NCBI GenBank assembly: GCA_040752415.1
Contig: JBFMGU010000041.1
Span: forward strand, 1 to 52,978
Direction: 5' to 3'
Source of the DNA: Myxococcota bacterium
Lineage (GTDB): Bacteria; Myxococcota; JACRCW01
DNA length: 52,978 bases
In this document: piece after piece, positions 46,574 through 52,978 of the stretch
Layout: each line of letters begins with the position of its first letter
How positions within the stretch are numbered: the first letter of the stretch is position 1
The notes under the pieces: model-generated
What the model saw: only the letters and a program-made list of their open reading frames with translations
What the model was told of the DNA's origin: nothing
The model's database searches: none
Program-made: the position numbers and the translations under genes

Positions 46574-48058
46574 ATGCGCCGCTCTCCCCGTTGGTATCCC
46601 CTCGCGTGCCTCCTCGCCGGTGCGGTGGCGGGCCTGCACAGCTGCACCAACCCCGATGATGACAGTCCCTCCTCGTCGGGAGGGAGCGGCTTGCTGCCCT
46701 CACCCATCCTGGCGCGCATCAGCCAGGACCCCGGCTGGGCGCTGCTCAATACCCACGCCGTCGTGGAGCGTCGCATCCAGTTCGACCCGCCCATGGACAG
46801 CCCGGTCGCCATCCTCCTCGAGGAGGACCTGGTGATTGCGCAGGGCATGACCGCGGGGGTGTGGCGCCTCTCGAGCGGGCAACGCGAACAGGTCCTGACC
46901 CCGGACGGCTACCAGGTGCAGAGCATCCAGCGACTCGCCGGAACGCAGCGTTTCATCATCGCCAGCAAGAACCCGGCGCTCATCGCGGGTGCTTCGAGCA
47001 GCACTTCCTCGTCGTCATCTTCCGCGGGGGGACCAACCTCTTCCAGCAGCAGCTCCAGCACCTCCTCGTCGTCGTCAAGCAGCGGTGGTGCGGAGGTGGC
47101 GTATCACATGCTGTCGGTGTTCGAGATTGTGGATGGCAGCGTGCAGACCGTGGCGCACTGGCCTGTCCCGCTGCCCAACGAGTACCTGTCCTTTGGCGCC
47201 GTGGGTCCGGACGACGTCGTGATCCGCCGTGTTCCCAACCAAGAGCAAACCGGACTGCAACTGTGGTTGCTGGACCTGCGCGACGGCGGCCTTTCCCTCA
47301 TCCACGAGCTTCCCGCCGGAGGTTTCGTGCCATCCATGGCGGTGCACCTGCCCACGCGTCGGCTCGCGTTGGATGTCGCGAACAGCCAGGACGTGGAACG
47401 CGTCAAGCACCTCACCGTCGTCAACATGGATACCGGGGAGGTCAGCGAGGACCGGGCGGGCTGGGAGCTGGCCGGCTCCGGCACCGTCACCGACGCGATG
47501 ACGCCGGTGTGGTTCATCCTCGACGAGAACGACGCGGTGCGCCCCTGGGAGCCGTGGAACGCCGCGGAGCCGGCCGGGCCGCTGGTGAACGGGCGGGCCG
47601 GTACCCGGGTTGGCGCCCGCGGTGACCACGTCATTGTCTCGTGGACGCAGGACGCCCCCACCGGCACCGAGGTGTGGCGCTGGTCGGACCGGCAACGCCT
47701 GCTGCTCATCCACTCGCCTTCCACCGGCTTCACCGCGGTGGACTACGTGCTGAGACTGTCACGAGATGGCACGCGCGCGCTCGTGAAACAGGACCGCTTC
47801 TCCGGCGACGTGGGGCTGCCCAGCGTCTACCGCGTGGTGTCGCCGGACGGCGAGGTGACACGCGTGGAGAACGTCTGGCCCAGCCATGCACCGGGCCCCA
47901 TCTTCATGGGCTACGCGCAGCTGCCCACGGTGGAGAGTCCCAACGTGACCCAATCCATCTTCTCTTTTGACGAGGAGACGGGCCAGCTCAACCGCGTGCG
48001 CGACGTTGCCGCCGAGGAGGGGCTGCAACAGCTGGTCCTGCCGGGCTGGGTCTACTGA
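46574..48058 (+). CDS. Hypothetical lipoprotein, beta-propeller-like with poly-Ser insert
   Basis: GLHS-C lipobox-like, beta-rich repeats, Ser tract. Confidence 0.65.
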   Translation: MRRSPRWYPLACLLAGAVAGLHSCTNPDDDSPSSSGGSGLLPSPILARISQDPGWALLNTHAVVERRIQFDPPMDSPVAILLEEDLVIAQGMTAGVWRLSSGQREQVLTPDGYQVQSIQRLAGTQRFIIASKNPALIAGASSSTSSSSSSAGGPTSSSSSSSTSSSSSSSGGAEVAYHMLSVFEIVDGSVQTVAHWPVPLPNEYLSFGAVGPDDVVIRRVPNQEQTGLQLWLLDLRDGGLSLIHELPAGGFVPSMAVHLPTRRLALDVANSQDVERVKHLTVVNMDTGEVSEDRAGWELAGSGTVTDAMTPVWFILDENDAVRPWEPWNAAEPAGPLVNGRAGTRVGARGDHVIVSWTQDAPTGTEVWRWSDRQRLLLIHSPSTGFTAVDYVLRLSRDGTRALVKQDRFSGDVGLPSVYRVVSPDGEVTRVENVWPSHAPGPIFMGYAQLPTVESPNVTQSIFSFDEETGQLNRVRDVAAEEGLQQLVLPGWVY

Positions 48059-48065
48059 CGGGGCT

Positions 48066-49172
48066 TCAGATGCCCTTCATCGTCTCGGCCATCATCCAGT
48101 CGACGACGGCCTTGGAGTCCCCGCCGCTCTTCTCGAACACCTCGATCTGGCGGTCCGCGCTGGTGCCCTCCTGCGCAATCTTCAGGATGGTGGGCATGTA
48201 CTTCTCGGTGCCCAGCGCCTGGGTGGCCTCCTTCACGAAGTCCACCAGCTCCGGCACCAGCTCCAGGAACGGCCGCTCCTCCATCCGGCCGAAGTCGATG
48301 AGCTTGCCGTGCACGCCGTAGCGCAGCGCACGCCACTTGTTCTCCTCCAGCAGGGAGCGCTGGTAGCGGCGCCAGCTCTGGTTCCGACGGTACAGCAGGT
48401 ACAGCTGCGCCATGATGGCCTGCGCCAGCGCCACAATGGCGATGGTGTGCTCCATGTTGGAGGGCATGTCGCAGATGCGCAGCTCCACGGTGTCGTAGAT
48501 GTGGTGCGCGCGGACGTCCCACCAGATGCTCTTGGCGTCGTCAATGCACTTGGTCTTCACCAGCATCTTCACAAAGGCCACCAGCTGCTCGTGGCTCTCG
48601 AACTCGTCGGGGATGCCGGTGCGCGGGAAGCGCTTGAAGACCTGGCAGCGCGTGCTCATCAGGCCGGTCTTGCGGCCCTCCCAGAACGGGCTCGACGTGG
48701 AGAGCGCCAGCAGGTGCGGCAGGAAGTAGCGGACCTGGTTGGCCAGCGCCACCGCCACGTCCTTCTCCTTGATGCCCACGTGGATGTGCAGGCCGAAGAT
48801 GAGGTTGCCGCGCGCCACGTCCTGCAGGTCATGGACGATGTTGTGGTAGCGGGCGCGGTCGGTGATGTCCTGGGTCTTCCAGTCGCTGAAGGGGTGGGTG
48901 GACGCGGCGGCAATGCGCAGGCCGCCCCGCTGGGCCAGCTTGTTGAGCTCCCCGCGCATCTCCACCAGCTCGCTCTTCACCGCTTCCACGTCGGCGCAGA
49001 CGCTGGTGCCCACCTCCACCATGGACTGGTGCATCTCCGGGCGGACCCGCTCCCGCAGGACGCTCTTGCCGTCCTCCAGCAGCCGGCTCACATACGAGCG
49101 CAGCTCACGGCTCTCCGGATCCACAATCTGGTATTCCTCTTCCACGCCAAGCGTGAATTGACCGTCCAGCAT
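48066..49172 (-). CDS. Carboxylate-amine ligase (YbdK/GCS2 family)
   Basis: FTLGVEEEYQ, STHPF, FGLHIHVG, SSPFW, WWDVR, ELRICD, ENKWRA.RYG. Confidence 0.93.
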   Translation of the reverse strand: MLDGQFTLGVEEEYQIVDPESRELRSYVSRLLEDGKSVLRERVRPEMHQSMVEVGTSVCADVEAVKSELVEMRGELNKLAQRGGLRIAAASTHPFSDWKTQDITDRARYHNIVHDLQDVARGNLIFGLHIHVGIKEKDVAVALANQVRYFLPHLLALSTSSPFWEGRKTGLMSTRCQVFKRFPRTGIPDEFESHEQLVAFVKMLVKTKCIDDAKSIWWDVRAHHIYDTVELRICDMPSNMEHTIAIVALAQAIMAQLYLLYRRNQSWRRYQRSLLEENKWRALRYGVHGKLIDFGRMEERPFLELVPELVDFVKEATQALGTEKYMPTILKIAQEGTSADRQIEVFEKSGGDSKAVVDWMMAETMKGI

Positions 49173-49426
49173 CGTCGCCCGTCCTCCCGGTGCGGAGCAT
49201 ACGGTCTTCCCGCGTGCCCCGGGGGGCGCTTCTTGGCTTGCCAACACGCTCCCGTCAACCGGCCACGCATCCGTTGCATGGCCAGGCCCCCGGCCAAGGG
49301 CTTGCGCGGCGGGGTGCGGCCGGTGACATGGGCCGCCCTGGTTGAAAGGCGCATCAAGGCGTGCCAAGAGCGCGCGCACCTTTTTTCGGGGCCCTTTCAA
49401 CCCTACCTGACCAGGAGCGGGAGCAG

Positions 49427-50404
49427 ATGAAGATCGGATTGCTGCGCGGACGGGAGAACAGCTTCCCCAACGCCGTCATCGAGAAGATCAACAGCATGAA
49501 CGCCGGAGTGACGGCGGAGTTCGTCCAGCTGGGCGGCACCAGCCTCTCCGAGCCCTGCCCCTACCGGGTCATCCTGGACCGCATCAGCCACGAGGTGCCC
49601 TACTACCAGGTCTACCTCAAGCAGGCGTCGCTGCAGGGGACCTACGTCGTCAACAACCCGTTCTGGGTGCACCAGGACGACAAGTTCTTCGGCTACAGCC
49701 TGGCCCAGAAGCTGGGCATCCCGGTGCCCAAGACCAGCGTGCTGCCCAACAGGGCGTACACCGCGGACATCAACGACCAGAGCCTGCGCAACCTCTGGCC
49801 GCTGGACTGGAACTACCGCCTCAAGGAGGTGGGTCTGCCCTGCTACATGAAGCCCGCCTTCGGCGGTGGCTGGCGCAACGTGTACAAGATCGAGAGCGCG
49901 CAGCAGGCCGTGGACGCCTACAACGAGAGCGGCACCCTCACGATGATGCTGCAGGAGGCCATCAAGTGGGAGGACTACATCCGCTGCATCTGCATTGGCC
50001 GCAAGTACACGCGCGCCATCCGCTACATCCCGCGTCCGGGCGGCATGGGTGAGTACGTGCAGGACCTCAGCGTGGTGGACCCCAAGCACGCCAAGCTGGC
50101 GGCGGAGTACTCCATCGCCTTCAATGAGGCCATTGGCTACGACACCAACGCCATGGAGTTCGCGGTGCGTGACGGCGTGCTCTACGCCATCGACATCACC
50201 AACCACGCCTGCGACATGGACCACAAGAGCCTGCGCGACGCGCACTTCCCGTGGGCGGTGGAGCACGTGAGCAAGTTCCTGGTGGAGACGGCCAAGAGCG
50301 GCGCGCGCAACATGCCCACCGGCAACTTCGGCGAGGTGATGAAGCAGGCCACCAAGGCCGCGGAGAAGAGCGACAAGAAGGAGAAGGCGCTCGCCAAGGC
50401 GTGA
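49427..50404 (+). CDS. RimK/GshB-like ATP-grasp ligase
   Basis: RBS GGAG; DRISH, NNPF, DDKF, KPAFGGGW, LQE, EFAVRDG..YAID..N. Confidence 0.88.
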   Translation: MKIGLLRGRENSFPNAVIEKINSMNAGVTAEFVQLGGTSLSEPCPYRVILDRISHEVPYYQVYLKQASLQGTYVVNNPFWVHQDDKFFGYSLAQKLGIPVPKTSVLPNRAYTADINDQSLRNLWPLDWNYRLKEVGLPCYMKPAFGGGWRNVYKIESAQQAVDAYNESGTLTMMLQEAIKWEDYIRCICIGRKYTRAIRYIPRPGGMGEYVQDLSVVDPKHAKLAAEYSIAFNEAIGYDTNAMEFAVRDGVLYAIDITNHACDMDHKSLRDAHFPWAVEHVSKFLVETAKSGARNMPTGNFGEVMKQATKAAEKSDKKEKALAKA

Positions 50405-50531
50405 GGCCCGTGGGGCCATGAGGGCCCTGCGTGGTGCGTCATCCGGCCCGGCCTCGTCCCTGGTTGCAGCGGGGGCGGCGCCGGGCTTGGTGTATCCGGG
50501 GGTGAAGGTCGTGGCGGTGATCGGGTCGCCC

Positions 50532-52259
50532 GTGGATGTGCTGAGCACCGAAGCGCCGCTGCGCCTGGCGGAGGGCTACTACCTGGACAACCTGGAGCAG
50601 GTGGTGCTGCACGCCCTGCAGCGCTACCGCGCCATCCTCCACGACGAGGAGGCCGCCGCGCTGGAGCGCTTCCTGGCGCTGCCGCTGGGGCCGCGTCGGC
50701 TGTATGCGCGTCTCTACCTGCGCCAGGGCCCGCTCTTCCGGCTCTCCCAGCTGGACTACCCGGAGGTGGGCACGCTGGCGGAGGCGCTGCGCACGCTGGA
50801 GGGGGCGGGGTTCGTGGCGCGGTGTGGCCTCCCGGTGAATCCCGACGACACCCGGGAGTTCCTCTGGCTCTTCACCGCCGACGAGCTGAAGGCCGCGGCG
50901 CGGGTGGCGGGGCTGCGGGTGTCCTCCCGGAAGGAGGACCTGGTGGCGGACATCCGGGGCTCCCAGGAGGCCAGCGCGCGGCTGCGGGCGTCCGAGTTGT
51001 TCGTGGAGCGGCTGCAGGCGCCGGTGTTTGACCTGGCGCAGCTGCTGTTCTTTGGGAACCTGGGCCAGGACCTCTCGGAGTTCGTGCGCGTCTCGCTGCA
51101 GGTGGCGCGGTATCCCGACTATGAGCTGGCGCAGGACCTCCCGCTGTTCCCCAGCCGGGAGGCGCTGGAAGCGCACCTGGACGCCGTGGCGTTCGAATCC
51201 CGGCCGCTCCCCCTGGACCAGCCCACCCTGCTGCTGGGCCATCTGCGGGAGGCCGTGGCCGGCCTGGTGGAGTCCGTGCCCACGCCCGCGCACGCGTGGC
51301 GACTGGATCCGCGTCGGTGCTTTGCGCGGGTGGCCTATGCCTGCGCGCGTGAGCTGGAGCGACAGGACGTGGTGGACGGCGTGCTGGACGCCTACGTGAC
51401 GTTGGTGCGGCACGCGCCGCAGTCGCGCATCCGGGCGGAGGCGGCGGACCGGTTGGGGCTCTTGGCACGGCGGGCGGGGGTGCCGGAGCGGTTCACCACG
51501 GAGAGCGCGGCCCTGCTGGCCGACCCCACGCTGGACGACGTGGCGCGCTTCGCGGTGGAGACGCGCGCGGCGTTGGTGACGGGTGGGGTGCGGCCCCGTC
51601 GACGGTTGTGCGAGGCTCCGGTGGTGGAGCTGGCGCTGCAGCCCGCCGGTCACCTGGGGCCCAAGCCGCAGTACCGCGGGGCGTCGGGGGAGCCGGTCAG
51701 CGTGGAGCACGCCACGTTGGAGGCGCTGGGCGGCGGGCTGCACGCGGAGAACGCGCTGTACCGCACACTGTTCGGCCTGTTGTTCTGGGACGTCATCTAC
51801 GCGCGCGTGCCGGGGATGTTCCAGCACCGTTTCCAGTCGGCGCCGCTGGACCTGGCCTCCGAGCACTTCCACCGGAACCGGCGGGTTCTCGTCGAGGGGA
51901 GGCTGGGGGTGTTGGCGGGGACATCGCTGGGCGCCGAGGTGCGCGCGGCGTGGGAGCGGCACCGCGGCACCATCAACGCGTGCGTGGATTGGAGCGAGTA
52001 CACGGCGGAGCAGCTGGTGGCGGCGGCGGATGCGCTGGGAGGCAGGCTGCTTCCGCTGCTGGAGCGGCTGGCGTGGAATCCTCGTCGACACGCGCGGGGG
52101 CTGCCGGACCTGCTGGTGCTGGCGGAGAGTGGACCGATGCTGGTGGAGGTGAAGGGGCCGGGGGACCAGCTGCACCTGGAGCAACGCCTGTGGCACGACG
52201 CGCTGCTGCGCATGGGGCTCGAGGTGCGGCTGGCGCGGGTGCGTCGGGCAGACTCGTGA
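50532..52259 (+). CDS. FAN1-like VRR-NUC domain nuclease (start uncertain, 50418-50538)
   Basis: YYLDN, RRLYARL, SAP-like ELK...KEDLV, LLFFGN, LFGLLFWD, FQSAPLDL, GLPDL...EVKGPGDQL..EQ..W PD-(D/E)xK motif. Confidence 0.92.
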   Translation: MDVLSTEAPLRLAEGYYLDNLEQVVLHALQRYRAILHDEEAAALERFLALPLGPRRLYARLYLRQGPLFRLSQLDYPEVGTLAEALRTLEGAGFVARCGLPVNPDDTREFLWLFTADELKAAARVAGLRVSSRKEDLVADIRGSQEASARLRASELFVERLQAPVFDLAQLLFFGNLGQDLSEFVRVSLQVARYPDYELAQDLPLFPSREALEAHLDAVAFESRPLPLDQPTLLLGHLREAVAGLVESVPTPAHAWRLDPRRCFARVAYACARELERQDVVDGVLDAYVTLVRHAPQSRIRAEAADRLGLLARRAGVPERFTTESAALLADPTLDDVARFAVETRAALVTGGVRPRRRLCEAPVVELALQPAGHLGPKPQYRGASGEPVSVEHATLEALGGGLHAENALYRTLFGLLFWDVIYARVPGMFQHRFQSAPLDLASEHFHRNRRVLVEGRLGVLAGTSLGAEVRAAWERHRGTINACVDWSEYTAEQLVAAADALGGRLLPLLERLAWNPRRHARGLPDLLVLAESGPMLVEVKGPGDQLHLEQRLWHDALLRMGLEVRLARVRRADS

Positions 52260-52273
52260 GGGGTGTCCGACGA

Positions 52274-52312
52274 GGCAACGTCGTTGTCGACCGGGGCAAC
52301 GTCGTTGTCGAC
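52274..52312. repeat. Short tandem duplication GGCAACGTCGTTGTCGAC x2 (21-bp period)
   Basis: Seen directly; each copy contains the palindrome CAACG-T-CGTTG. Confidence 0.8.
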
Positions 52313-52385
52313 GGTGACGCCGCCGCTGGCCCGCGGCGGACGTCCCAGTCCGGATTGCACATTGTCACCGCCTGCACCCGCCTGG

Positions 52386-52978
52386 TGCGTAAGCCCCGTC
52401 GAGCGCAGCTCTCCGGGGCCTCTTCCGTTGATCGGCTTGCGTGATGGGCTTGCGTGCGCCGTCGCTGACTTCGTCGACGGTGCTCCGTGGAACGACGGTG
52501 AAGCCCCTTTCCGCCGTGGACTGCACCGCCTGCACCGCCTTCACGACGTGAAGTCCACGGCAGGCCAGGTGCGTAAGCCCCGTCGAGCGCAGCTCTCCGG
52601 GGCTTCTTCCGTTGAAGGGCTTGCGTGAGCCGTCGCTGCCGTCGCCGACGGTGCGCGGCGGAACAACGGTGAAGCCTCTTTTCCTGCCGTGGACTGCACC
52701 GCCTGCACCACCTTCACGACGTGAAGTCCACGGCAGGCCAGGATGCGTAAGCCCCGTCGAGCGCAGCTCTCCGGGGCTTCTTCCGTTGAAGGGCTTGCGT
52801 GAGCCGTCGCTGCCGTCGCCGACGGTGCGCCGCGGAACAACGGTGAAGCCTCTTTTCCTGCCGTGGACTGCACCGCCTGCACCGCCTTCACGACGTGAAG
52901 TCCACGGCAGGCCAGGTGCGTAAGCCCCGTCGAGCGCAGCTCTCCGGGGCTTCTTCCGTTGAGGGGCTTGCGTGAGCC
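52386..52978. repeat. Structured ~174-bp tandem repeat array (at least 3.3 units, truncated by the window end)
   Basis: Units start at TGCGTAAGCCCCG at 52386, 52570, 52744 and 52917 (periods 184, 174, 173). Units 2-4 are near-identical and unit 1 is degenerate. Confidence 0.95.

Noticed and set aside
52386..52978. CRISPR array or repeat-protein ORF (52612-52923, 52541-52891)
   Set aside because: There are no unique spacers or cas genes. Unit lengths of 184/174/173 break the reading frame.
1..52978. tRNA, rRNA, integrase, transposase or prophage genes
   Set aside because: None was recognisable by eye; a tRNAscan/Infernal run would be needed to exclude small RNAs.

Overview
This is a high-GC bacterial chromosomal window. 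Gene content and style (Cys/Ser-rich lipoproteins, a MYXO-CTERM-like tail, a zinc-ribbon/GYF protein, a minor-pilin cluster) suggest Myxococcota, which is an inference. It holds about 38 protein genes: hflX; an RsmB-family methyltransferase; a large Cys-rich surface protein divergent from a four-gene type IV minor-pilin operon whose PilX-like member is giant; several hydrolases and a GH92 glycosidase; a PlsC acyltransferase; an MFS transporter; a Fur-box-preceded secreted protein; a yfaP-T-A-S-(acyl-CoA dehydrogenase)-Q alpha-2-macroglobulin locus; a Tat aldo/keto reductase; sodC; a hybrid kinase; an MBOAT/SGNH/esterase O-acylation cassette; an AlkZ/YcaQ-like glycosylase; YbdK plus ATP-grasp ligases; and a FAN1-like VRR-NUC nuclease. 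I saw no rRNA, tRNA, CRISPR array or transposase. The most striking non-genic signals are: a highly structured ~174-bp tandem array starting just downstream of the nuclease and running off the window; a palindromic AGTCAGA-flanked element sitting in-frame in the PilX prepilin leader; a family of GGAGTGCGG REP/REPIN-like elements; and two genes that appear to use non-canonical start codons (ATC, CTG). All calls come from motif recognition by eye; no searches were run.
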